This document shows, one piece after another, positions 27,845-36,586 of a stretch of DNA of 64,000 nucleotides. Each line of letters starts with the position of its first letter. Position 1 is the first letter of the stretch. The notes below the pieces were generated by a model. It had not been told where the DNA came from. It worked only from the letters and a program-made list of their open reading frames with translations, and ran no database searches. A program made the position numbers and the translations under genes. The stretch comes from Longimicrobiales bacterium (GTDB lineage: Bacteria; Gemmatimonadota; Gemmatimonadetes; Longimicrobiales; Gaopeijiaceae), in assembly GCA_965219445.1 (NCBI GenBank), contig CBDCNQ010000004.1:896001-960000 (forward strand). Reading direction: 5' to 3'.

Positions 27845-30202
27845 CTAGAGCCGATAGGTGTAGTTCAGCTTGATGCTCGCGCCGCGAGAGAGAGTCTGGA
27901 ACTCCCGGTTCCGGTTGAAGAGCCCGTCACCCAAGTTCTGCCAGTTCTGCGTGAAGACGAGGAAGAGATCGTTCCCGGGTGTTATGATCCAACGCGCCCG
28001 CATGAAGAGGCCCACTACCTCGGAGACGTCGTCGTACTGGATGTTGCCCGTGACGTTTGCCAGCGGAGTGATGTTCCATTCGCCGGCCAAGCGAAAGAGT
28101 CTTGCCACGAACGATCCTTGAGGTAGCACGACATCGTTATTCTCGACCTGGGCAGAGAGGAGAATGCCCGGTGACGGTCGAACGTCCAACTGCACCGAAA
28201 CTTGGGTCTGATCTCCGTTCCAGAAGCCACCTCGGCGGAACTGAGCGTTTCCAGCGACGACTCGGCGGCCCGCGGTTCGAGCCGAAAGGCCCCAATCCCA
28301 GTTCTCGTAGGTCCCCTCCTCGATAAAGATGCCGTCGCTGATCTCGAACCGCTGATCGAGGAACTCGAACTGTCGCTGTAGGTTGACGCCGATGTTGTCC
28401 TGGCTCTCGAACTCGAGCCCGAAGACCTGGAACACCCACTGTCGTTCTTCGGCGATGCCGGTCGTGATACTCTCCAGGTGGCGGAACTGGGCGGAGAAGT
28501 TGAATCGGCGGATCCAGTCGATGTCGGGTCTCGGCCCCCAGCCGAGCCGAGGCTCGACGCGCCGGAACCCGTTCCGGGTAACGAAGCCCACCGCGGGGTC
28601 GTAGTCGTCTCCGAACTCGCGGTAGGAGATGTGCCCCGACCAGATGTCATTCGGGTAGTTGACCCGGACGCCTCGAGCGGAGAGATCCGAGGTCGACCGC
28701 TTGATGCCCCGGTCGGGGTTGGAGTTCCAGGCCGCGAAGGCCTGCACGACGAAGTTCTTGTCGCTGAAGAGCCGATTGGTGGCGTAGTAGAGGTCGGCCC
28801 CTACCGTGTGCCGGTCCAAAGGGGCCCGAGCCGTCGGATCGGTGGGGTCGACGCCCGTGGAGCGACGCGTGTAGATGGCTCCGATCGTGGATTGCTCGAA
28901 GATGCCCCGCTTGATCCGGGCCACGGTGAACTGTTCTCCGGCGAAGGTCCCGAGGTCCACATCCGCTGACTCGTGTTCGCCAGTGTTCACTTGCATAAAG
29001 CCGAGCTCGTACCTCCCGGTCTGGCCTCCGAGCCTGGCCGCGTAGTTGAGCGGGATCTGTTCGCCCTCGAGCAGCCCGATGCGCCGGCTGAAGTAGGGCT
29101 CGGCCCCGTTGCCAGGCGCGAAGGTGAAAACCCCCGAGCCCTCGAGGAAGAAATCGCGCCGTTCTGGGAAACGAAGGGGGAAACGCGTGAGGTTGAGACG
29201 CCGCTGATCGACCTCCGCCTCTGCGAAGTCGGTGTTGACGCTCACCCCCGCCCTCAAGCTCGGCGTGACGTTGTAGTTGACGTCGAGACCGATGTCGCTC
29301 GGGTACGTGGTCGGGTCGGGCTCCGTCGGCACATTCTTCCAGTTCGTCACCGCGTAGGGAACCGCTTCGAGCCCTATTCCCTGCGACAATCCTTGGAGGC
29401 CGACGAGTCGGCCGCCATTGACCGGGTCGCGATGGTTTTGATTACGCCGATACCCTCGCCAGAGGATCTCCTCGTTCTTGCGGCGGATCGTGCGCTGAAA
29501 GTTGATGCCCCAGGTGTCGGACGTCGGGTCGAAATTCAGGGTGCGGAAGGGAATCTGGATTTCGATCGACCACCCATCAGGCAGGATCTCGGTCTGAATC
29601 TGCCAGATTCCGTCCCACGCCCGACCACCACCACCACCGCCACCGCCGCCACCACCACGACCGAAGCCACGGAAGCCACGCCCACCCCCCCCACCGCCGC
29701 CACCACCCCTACCTCCGGTGATCAAGCCATCGCCCATCACACCAGTGGCGGTGGTCTCGAAGTAGTAGCCGGTTCGACGGTCGTGGAAGGTGTCGAGCAT
29801 CCACATGAAGCGGTCGTCTACGCTCAGAAAACCATCCCGCCGCTTCTGGAACGCCAGAATCCCCTCGGGATCATCATAGAGCATGGCTCCGATGTAGAGA
29901 GCATCCTCGTCGTAGACGACCCGGATCTCGGTCCGCTCCGACGGTATCCCGCCTTCAACAGGCTCCCGTTGGGTGAAGTCCGTGATTGGGATGGCCCGCG
30001 CCCACGCTTCCTCGTCGAGTCGCCCATCCATGTCGATGGCGGCACCGTTCTCGAGCCGAAACGCGATGAGATCGACAAGCTCGGCGTCCCCTCCCCCGTT
30101 TTCTGGGGTCTGGGCGGTGAGTGGACCCGATACGAACAAGCAAAGGAGCGCCGTCGCCAGCACGATTTCCCGTGCCGGATCTCGAACCTGGATCTGTGCC
30201 AT
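27845..30202 (-). CDS. CBM9-like + DUF5916 outer-membrane protein
   Basis: DGRLDEEAW, TEIRVVYD, EIQIPFRTL, NTDFAEAEVD...NLTRFPLRFPERRDFFLEG, SRRIG, C-terminal KLNYTYRL. Confidence 0.88.
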   Translation of the reverse strand: MAQIQVRDPAREIVLATALLCLFVSGPLTAQTPENGGGDAELVDLIAFRLENGAAIDMDGRLDEEAWARAIPITDFTQREPVEGGIPSERTEIRVVYDEDALYIGAMLYDDPEGILAFQKRRDGFLSVDDRFMWMLDTFHDRRTGYYFETTATGVMGDGLITGGRGGGGGGGGGRGFRGFGRGGGGGGGGGGGRAWDGIWQIQTEILPDGWSIEIQIPFRTLNFDPTSDTWGINFQRTIRRKNEEILWRGYRRNQNHRDPVNGGRLVGLQGLSQGIGLEAVPYAVTNWKNVPTEPDPTTYPSDIGLDVNYNVTPSLRAGVSVNTDFAEAEVDQRRLNLTRFPLRFPERRDFFLEGSGVFTFAPGNGAEPYFSRRIGLLEGEQIPLNYAARLGGQTGRYELGFMQVNTGEHESADVDLGTFAGEQFTVARIKRGIFEQSTIGAIYTRRSTGVDPTDPTARAPLDRHTVGADLYYATNRLFSDKNFVVQAFAAWNSNPDRGIKRSTSDLSARGVRVNYPNDIWSGHISYREFGDDYDPAVGFVTRNGFRRVEPRLGWGPRPDIDWIRRFNFSAQFRHLESITTGIAEERQWVFQVFGLEFESQDNIGVNLQRQFEFLDQRFEISDGIFIEEGTYENWDWGLSARTAGRRVVAGNAQFRRGGFWNGDQTQVSVQLDVRPSPGILLSAQVENNDVVLPQGSFVARLFRLAGEWNITPLANVTGNIQYDDVSEVVGLFMRARWIITPGNDLFLVFTQNWQNLGDGLFNRNREFQTLSRGASIKLNYTYRL
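29621..29720 (-). repeat. GGN trinucleotide tracts encoding a poly-Gly/GRGF insert
   Basis: ccaccaccaccaccgccaccgccgcc...; protein GGRGGGGGGGGGRGFRGFGRGGGGGGGGGGGR. Confidence 0.85.
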
Positions 30203-30340
30203 CTATTATCGTCGATTCTCGGAAGTAAGGGGTTGATTCGGCATTAACCGACGGAAGCATACGTACAATCTCTTAACAGGACACGCGCCGGTCGCCTGGT
30301 GTTGTAATCGGCCCGCAGCATCCGCGCCACCCCTCGTGGC

Positions 30341-31078
30341 GTGGCGAAAACCGGCCTTGGTGAATGGCTCCTCATTCAGGCTCATGGTCATTCGAAGCTT
30401 GCGGTGGAAGGCATAGTAACGGACGTTCTGACGTTATGGCGGAGACTGCGAATTCTCTGGGTTGGGGCGCTCACCCTCGCGGCCGGAACCCTCGGCGCGC
30501 CCATCGCGGCCTATTCCCAGCAGGACGACTGGCGGTTGGACACTTCAGAGCCCATCACGTACTTCATTGCGGAGGGCCCGCCCGAATCGGGGTTCAAGGA
30601 GGGAGACCGCACCCTGGCCAAATGGGCGCTAGAGGCGTGGGGCAGGCAGGCCGATCCCCCCGTGGACTTGGTGCCGGGCCCTGCAGAGTCCGCGACCATT
30701 CGGATCTATTGGGTGCCCGCGGGCACAGGTCTATACGGTGAAATGCGAGGACGAGTGGTGGAGGGGCGGCGCGCCGCCGACGTGTTCGTGCACCCGGATA
30801 CCGACGCCCTTGGGCCCGACATCGGAGGAAGGGCGAGGCAGGATCCGCTCTTCAGGGATACGGTCGTTTATTTGACGTGTGTTCATGAGCTAGGCCACGC
30901 GTTTGGGCTCCGCCATACCAGTGCTTTCGCGGACATCATGTACTCGTTCCAATATGGTGGTGACTTCGTCGCCTACTTCATGCGCTTTCGCCAACAGCTC
31001 GAGGCCTGGAACGACATCGAGCGGGCTTCGCCGTTCTCCACCGCGGACAGCGGCGCATTCGGGGCTTTGTACCCTTAG
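30341..31078 (+). CDS. Matrixin-family (metzincin) zinc metalloprotease (start uncertain)
   Basis: HELGHAFGLRH (HExxHxxGxxH) plus Met-turn DIMY; signal-like segment. Confidence 0.85.
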   Translation: MAKTGLGEWLLIQAHGHSKLAVEGIVTDVLTLWRRLRILWVGALTLAAGTLGAPIAAYSQQDDWRLDTSEPITYFIAEGPPESGFKEGDRTLAKWALEAWGRQADPPVDLVPGPAESATIRIYWVPAGTGLYGEMRGRVVEGRRAADVFVHPDTDALGPDIGGRARQDPLFRDTVVYLTCVHELGHAFGLRHTSAFADIMYSFQYGGDFVAYFMRFRQQLEAWNDIERASPFSTADSGAFGALYP

Positions 31079-31194
31079 AGGCTCCGCATTGGCAGTGCAG
31101 CGCAGAGCCCGTCTCATTCAATCATGGCCCCTCAGGCGCATCAGGGTGTAGAATGTTGGAGTCATAAGATCCGAGGTCGGAGAAGGGGTGGGTG

Positions 31195-31377
31195 ATGACA
31201 GAGTCCAACGCCAAAAAGCTAGTGATCGACGCTGTTCGCGATCTTCCGGAAGACGCCACCGTGGAGGACGCGATGGAACGGCTCTACTTCCTTGCTAAGG
31301 TCGAAGAGGGACTCAAGCAGGCTGAGGCCGGTCAGACTGTGAGTCATGAGGATGCGAAGCAACGCATCCTCGGGTGA
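31195..31377 (+). CDS. Small antitoxin (ParD-like) of RelE/ParE TA pair
   Basis: LPEDATVEDAMERLYFLAKVEEGLKQAEAGQTVSHEDAKQR; stop overlaps toxin GTG. Confidence 0.8.
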   Translation: MTESNAKKLVIDAVRDLPEDATVEDAMERLYFLAKVEEGLKQAEAGQTVSHEDAKQRILG

Positions 31378-31550
31378 CCGAAGTCAGGTGGACGGATCAG
31401 GCGGTAGAGGACCTCCAATCCATTCGCGAGTTCATTGAGCGCGATTCCCCCGAGGTACGGACGACTCGTCGCCGAACGCCTCTTTGAAGCCACTTCACAG
31501 ATCGAGACCTTCCCATACTCCGGGTGGATCGTGCCGGAGATAGGTCGTGG
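31374..31550 (+). pseudogene. RelE/ParE toxin, frameshifted and 3'-truncated
   Basis: MTEVRWTDQAVEDLQSIREFIERDSP, extra C in C5 run 31447-31451, then RYGRLVAERLFEATSQIETFPYSGWIVPEIG; similarity ends there. Confidence 0.8.
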
Positions 31551-31576
31551 ATCAGCGCGCCTACTTGACGGCCGTC

Positions 31577-32620
31577 CTAAGGGTGATCCGCTTCCTCGTA
31601 GTGCCGCCGCAGTAGATCGTCCCCGAAGTCGTTTTGCGGATCCCGTAGCACCGAATGTACGTGGTTCGCGCCACCCTGCGTGTTGTCGTACTCGATCAGC
31701 ACAGTGGGTCCGTGGATGCGGTAGTAGTGACCCTCACCACGCTCCGTGCTTCCGGCCCATGCGAAGTGGAGGTTCTCGAGTCCGGCCTCGTGGATTTGCC
31801 GCATCTTCGCGCGCGCGACCTCGGCGTTGGCGTTGTTCAGGTATTCCAGGATGAGAAGCATCAGCCCGCGACTCTGGGCGCCGCTCATCTCCGAGGCGGG
31901 CAGCCCTCGGAAGCCGTCGAGCTCCACCGTGCGGGCATTCCCGGTGATGATGTCCCTGGGTGCATCCGTCTCGATGATGGCGGTTCGAAGCTGAGCGTCG
32001 GTGAGGAGGGCCAGGAGCTCACGGGCCAGGTCCTCTTCGGCTCCCAGGAGGCGTCGCCCGGCGTTCGGGCCCTCTCCCACCACGTGCGGATTGGAACCTA
32101 GGAACGTTGGGGTCACCGACGGAAGCTCGCCTCCCGCCGAGGCGACGTTCATCGAGACGTGGTGTCCCTCGAATCGCCAAGCCCAGGCCCCATCCTCGGA
32201 GGGGGCGCCGAAGATGTTGAAGTAGTAGTCCTCGGGATCGCGTCGGTCTGGCCGTCCCTCGATCTGGCCGAGGATCCCCTCGAGCTGCATCACTCCAGTC
32301 GCCTTCAGGTAGCCCTGCGAGCTGAGAAGGCTCTGCAGGAGCCCGTGGGCGGCCTTACGCTGCTCCGTGTTCATGTCCTTGATCCGCGCGCCGTATCGCT
32401 CGCGCGGTATGAAATGCCAATCGAAGCGTTGCTCGGCGTCCAGCTCCCACGTGCCCCGATCGCGCTGGCGACTACCCAAGGTTTCCATAAACGCATCGGC
32501 GGCCGCGGCCATACCGCCGACCATCTCGGCCGGCTGGGGCACCGGAGCGCGGACCGCGAATGCGGCCACGAGGAACACGGTCAGGAAGACCGCACCGAGG
32601 GTGGTCAGGACGCTGCGCAT
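31577..32620 (-). CDS. DUF3500 domain secreted protein
   Basis: WHFIP, LLSSQGY.KA, YYFNIFG.P, WRFEGHHVS, TPTFLG, HYYRIHGP..LIEYDN, NHVHSVLRD..NDFG. Confidence 0.9.
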   Translation of the reverse strand: MRSVLTTLGAVFLTVFLVAAFAVRAPVPQPAEMVGGMAAAADAFMETLGSRQRDRGTWELDAEQRFDWHFIPRERYGARIKDMNTEQRKAAHGLLQSLLSSQGYLKATGVMQLEGILGQIEGRPDRRDPEDYYFNIFGAPSEDGAWAWRFEGHHVSMNVASAGGELPSVTPTFLGSNPHVVGEGPNAGRRLLGAEEDLARELLALLTDAQLRTAIIETDAPRDIITGNARTVELDGFRGLPASEMSGAQSRGLMLLILEYLNNANAEVARAKMRQIHEAGLENLHFAWAGSTERGEGHYYRIHGPTVLIEYDNTQGGANHVHSVLRDPQNDFGDDLLRRHYEEADHP

Positions 32621-32752
32621 GAGTATCCTCCCGCTTACGACGTTGGAACGGCAACGGTACCAAGGTGGCAACATGCGGCTGGGAAGTCGCCCGCGACAGA
32701 GGCAGGGCCAGGGGGCGCCCTCGGTATTTGAGCCCTACTCGGGAGGATCCTC

Positions 32753-34240
32753 TTACGCCACTCCGAATGCGGGCCACCACCTGGCCAGTCCGTATCCCAA
32801 CACCACCAGAGTCACGAGTACCAGAAGCGAGGCGAAGAGACCTTTGACGGCCATCGTGTGCAGGTTCACCCCGTATCCCGCCGCTACGGCGGGGCCGCCG
32901 GCGGACGAGGGAAGGAGGAAACCGCAGTTTCCGATCACCGTGACGATATAGACGAACGGAATGGGATTCAGATCGAGCGACTGGAACGTACTGATCGTTA
33001 CAGGGACGACGATGGCGATGGCGGCCGTGTTACTGGTGACCTGCGTGAGCACCATCGTCAGGAGAGCGAACACGAGCACCGCCGTGAAGCCGCCGGAGCC
33101 GGCGTACGGTACCAGCGCGTTCGCGAAGGCCTGGGCGGCTCCCGAGCCACTCAGGATCCGGCCCAGGGCGATTCCTCCAGCGAAGAGATAGAACAGGCCC
33201 CAGTACATGTTCGCCTGCGCGAAGTCCCACGTGATGAGCGGCCCCTCGCGCGTGCGAATCACGAAACTCGCCACGGCCATCGCAACGAATGCGAACGCGG
33301 GCGTGAGGCCGGGGACCAGCTCCGCATACAGGGGTCGTCCGAACGCTAGCGCGGCCGCCACGGCAAACAGGGCGAGCCCCCACTTCTCCTCCGTCTTCAT
33401 GGGGCCCAACGCACCCAACTCCTCCCGGAGATAGTCCTCGGAGCCGGGTAGCTTGGCGACGTCCGGCCGCATGGCGAACCGCAGGAAGAAGAACATCATG
33501 AGCACGATCACCGCGGTGATCGGAGCCAGTCGCATGACCCAGGTCAGAAAGAGGAATTCCTGACCGGTGACGGACTCTTCGATGAAGCCGACGGTCAAGA
33601 GATTCGGGGCGCCACCGAGCGGGGTCGCGGCCCCCCCCGCGCTCGTGCCCCAGGCCACGGCGATGACGAGTGCCGTGCCGACGCGGCTGTTCCAGAGATC
33701 CTCGATGCCGACGGACCGTAACATCGCGACGACGATCGGAATCATCGTGGCGGCGACGATCGTGTTCGGGAGAACGCCCGAGAGGGCCGCGCTGACCAGA
33801 AACCAGACGAGGATCTGCCTGGACGTGTCGGTCCCCACGCCGAGTAGCGAAGCGAGGCCGATTCTCCGATCGAGCCCCCATCGAGCCCAGACGCTCGTCA
33901 GGACGTTCGCACCCAGCAGGAGAAGGATCGTGTCCTGTGAGTACGAGGTCGCGACCTCATCCATGGGCGCGAGTCCGAAGATCGCGGCCACGGGGATCGG
34001 GAGTAGTCCTGTGACGGCCAGGTGCACCGGCCGGGTGATCCACCACCAGGCCATCCAAACGAGCAGGCCCATGGCGCCGCGAGTCTCGAACGGAAGCCCA
34101 CCCAAGGGCATGAGCAGCAGCACCGCAAAGACGACCGGTCCCGCCACGAGATGACGAAGCTTCGCGGGCGGGACGGGCCTTGGCTGGGCCGCCGGGGCTC
34201 TGATGCCGTCTCCCGCCTCAGGGGGCGGTGCAGAGGGCAA
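32753..34240 (-). CDS. SLC13/DASS family anion:sodium symporter
   Basis: Many TM helices; LPNTIVAATMIP, TPLGGAPN, VTSNTAA. Confidence 0.9.
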   Translation of the reverse strand: MPSAPPPEAGDGIRAPAAQPRPVPPAKLRHLVAGPVVFAVLLLMPLGGLPFETRGAMGLLVWMAWWWITRPVHLAVTGLLPIPVAAIFGLAPMDEVATSYSQDTILLLLGANVLTSVWARWGLDRRIGLASLLGVGTDTSRQILVWFLVSAALSGVLPNTIVAATMIPIVVAMLRSVGIEDLWNSRVGTALVIAVAWGTSAGGAATPLGGAPNLLTVGFIEESVTGQEFLFLTWVMRLAPITAVIVLMMFFFLRFAMRPDVAKLPGSEDYLREELGALGPMKTEEKWGLALFAVAAALAFGRPLYAELVPGLTPAFAFVAMAVASFVIRTREGPLITWDFAQANMYWGLFYLFAGGIALGRILSGSGAAQAFANALVPYAGSGGFTAVLVFALLTMVLTQVTSNTAAIAIVVPVTISTFQSLDLNPIPFVYIVTVIGNCGFLLPSSAGGPAVAAGYGVNLHTMAVKGLFASLLVLVTLVVLGYGLARWWPAFGVA

Positions 34241-34274
34241 TGCTAAGTCTCTTGGTCCGCGTGATTCCGAACAC

Positions 34275-35396
34275 TCACCTCGGTCCCTGGGCCTCCATCC
34301 GTTCCTCGTAACGCGCGCCCCTCAAGATGTTCGCGAGCGCGTAGTTGGCCTCGTGACAGGCGTACTCGTAGATCTGCTGGTCGAACTTCACCCAGGGAAT
34401 CTGTCCGCCCCACACCTGGGTGTAGGTCCTCGGGTCGTGAATCTCGAATTCATAGAGGATCGCGTGGTCAGCGACCCGGGTGAGGCGCTCGATCACCTTC
34501 AGATCCTCAGAATTCAGGATCTTGTCAATTTGCTCCTTGTAGCCCATGTCCGGGTGGATGTTGGTGGTCTGGACCACGAGAGTGTTGCCCTCCCAATGGC
34601 CCCACGAGTCTCCGAACCAGGGCCGAACGCGTTTTGGCAGCGGGTCCGGCTCGCCTAGTTTGACGATCCGGACGTCGTGGACCATCTCGGTGAAGATCAG
34701 CACATGGTCGGCGTTCTGAACGATCTTGATATTGTTGTTGTACCCCGAGCTGGGCGTCATCGGAGGTCCCATCGTGCTGTTGTAGCTCGAGCCGTAGAAG
34801 GCGAGGCAACGGGTTGCGATCGGCAAGAGTTCCGGATGGTCGTAGGGGCCGAACTGGGATCGGAACCCGTGGTATTCGTCCTTCCGCTCCTGGCCCTCGG
34901 CCGTGAGCGCGGGAATCCGGCCGTCTGCCGGAAAGGTGATGAGGGACGTCCGAGGCTCGCCGTAAACCCTCGCCACCCGCTTCTGATCCGCATTGTAATA
35001 GATTCGGTTGGCACTCCGGCTCGTCCACTGCTCGCCGCTTGCCTGTGGCGCGCGATCCGGGTCACTCGGCTCTTGGTCCTCCTGGAAGGAAGCCTGAGAC
35101 AGCCGTTCGCGTTCGATTGCCTCCTCCTCCGTGTAGACGGGACCGAGCCCGGGCCGGCGCTCGAAGGGTGTGAGCGTCGAGTTCTTCCAGTTGCCCTGGA
35201 GGTCGGGATGGCCCCATTCGTTTCTGGGCGGTTGCCAGTCGGGATCCCATCGCTGGGCTCCGTCGGGAGTCTGGGCCTCAGCCCAGGAGAAGAACCCCGT
35301 CGATGCGAAGGCGAGACAAAGCGCGAGTCCCGATTTTGACGCTCGCGTGATCATCGCCGACAGCAGGAATCGGGTAGTCCTCAGGTTCACCATCAT
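34275..35396 (-). CDS. Conserved hypothetical secreted protein (PDLQG.W ... YEYACHE type)
   Basis: Signal peptide; WGHPDLQGNW, GDSWGHWEGNTLVV.TTN, ERLTR, YEYACHEAN. Confidence 0.75.
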   Translation of the reverse strand: MMVNLRTTRFLLSAMITRASKSGLALCLAFASTGFFSWAEAQTPDGAQRWDPDWQPPRNEWGHPDLQGNWKNSTLTPFERRPGLGPVYTEEEAIERERLSQASFQEDQEPSDPDRAPQASGEQWTSRSANRIYYNADQKRVARVYGEPRTSLITFPADGRIPALTAEGQERKDEYHGFRSQFGPYDHPELLPIATRCLAFYGSSYNSTMGPPMTPSSGYNNNIKIVQNADHVLIFTEMVHDVRIVKLGEPDPLPKRVRPWFGDSWGHWEGNTLVVQTTNIHPDMGYKEQIDKILNSEDLKVIERLTRVADHAILYEFEIHDPRTYTQVWGGQIPWVKFDQQIYEYACHEANYALANILRGARYEERMEAQGPR

Positions 35397-35424
35397 CACG
35401 TCTCCGTCAGTCAGAACACCCCGA

Positions 35425-36417
35425 TCAGAACACTGCGATCGGGTTGAGCGGGGAACCGGTGCCACCGGTAACAGGAATCGGAGCTGCCGTCAGCAAGAAC
35501 TCCCAACGGTTCAGACGGGCCGCGGTCTCGGCGAGCGCCTCGAGGTCCATGTTGTCGAAGATGTTCGAGCCGAGGCCGGCGATCAAAAAGGTATGGAGCG
35601 GCTGCGTGATACCCTCGACCAGCGAAGGCATTACGTCGGTGGCCGCATCGCTCCCTACGAACGCGACGTCGCGTTCCTTGATCCAGGGGAGGACGGACGC
35701 GTGCAGCCCGGCGCTGTTGCCCGACACCCGCCACGGTCCGAGCGCTTCGCGTCGCGCCCAACGGCCCGTGTATACGAAGATGACGTCTCCGGCCGAGACG
35801 GTGACCCCGGCTTGCCGCTCCCAGGCCTCGATATCTTCGATGTAGATCGGTGTCGTGGGCTCGAGGTAGGCAACGCCCTTGAGGCGCGGGAAATCGAGCA
35901 GGATACCGCGCGTGACGATGCCGCTCTTGAGGTTGTGGATACCGTTCCTGCCGCACCCCTCGGACGAGTTCGCGGACAGGGGAACGTCATTGTAGAGTCG
36001 GCCGTTGTGGGCGAAGTGGCAGAGCGCGTCGATGTGGCTGACCCCGTAGCCGTGATACGTGAACGTGTAGGTGTCACTCCGGAGACTCCGGCCCATGACA
36101 TGATCGAACGCGGCGTCAGGGTTGTCGGGAGCCTCTTCCGGAATTGGATTGTGGGCCAAGGATACGGTGATCCCGCTTCGGACCAGTGAGGCCGCCTCGC
36201 GGGTCTTGGCGGGGGTAATCAGGTTCATCGTCCCGCGCTCGTCGTCGGCGCCCCAGCGCCCCCAATTCGAGTGCTCGCGGAACATCGCGTCGAACTCCTC
36301 CAGGTTGCGCGGAGCCCGCGTCGCGTCCTGGGCCTCGACCGTCACCACTGCCCCGCCCAAGTAGACCGTCACCGCCGCCGCAAACACCAATGGCGACCTC
36401 ATCAACCCCACGTTCAT
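35425..36417 (-). CDS. Secreted cyclase family (kynurenine formamidase-like) protein
   Basis: NWGRWG.DDERGT.N.IT, SHIDALCH, RGILLD, VGSD, GGTGSPLNPIA. Confidence 0.9.
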   Translation of the reverse strand: MNVGLMRSPLVFAAAVTVYLGGAVVTVEAQDATRAPRNLEEFDAMFREHSNWGRWGADDERGTMNLITPAKTREAASLVRSGITVSLAHNPIPEEAPDNPDAAFDHVMGRSLRSDTYTFTYHGYGVSHIDALCHFAHNGRLYNDVPLSANSSEGCGRNGIHNLKSGIVTRGILLDFPRLKGVAYLEPTTPIYIEDIEAWERQAGVTVSAGDVIFVYTGRWARREALGPWRVSGNSAGLHASVLPWIKERDVAFVGSDAATDVMPSLVEGITQPLHTFLIAGLGSNIFDNMDLEALAETAARLNRWEFLLTAAPIPVTGGTGSPLNPIAVF

Positions 36418-36586
36418 CGTTTCCCCCCTCCGGTTGACGTGCGCGCGCGCCGCAAGACCAGGTCCCTTGAGGAACGAGGGCGGCCGGGCCCGCGCTGATA
36501 ATAGGAAGGCCCACAGTCGGGTGGCAAACGCGCGAGTACGATCGGACTCACCAGTGACGGCGGGGACCCGCTCGAGTCTCCAGCGG

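Noticed and set aside
28973..30247. 424-aa plus-strand ORF with a Thr-rich tract
   Set aside because: Antisense reading of the DUF5916 gene's glycine codons
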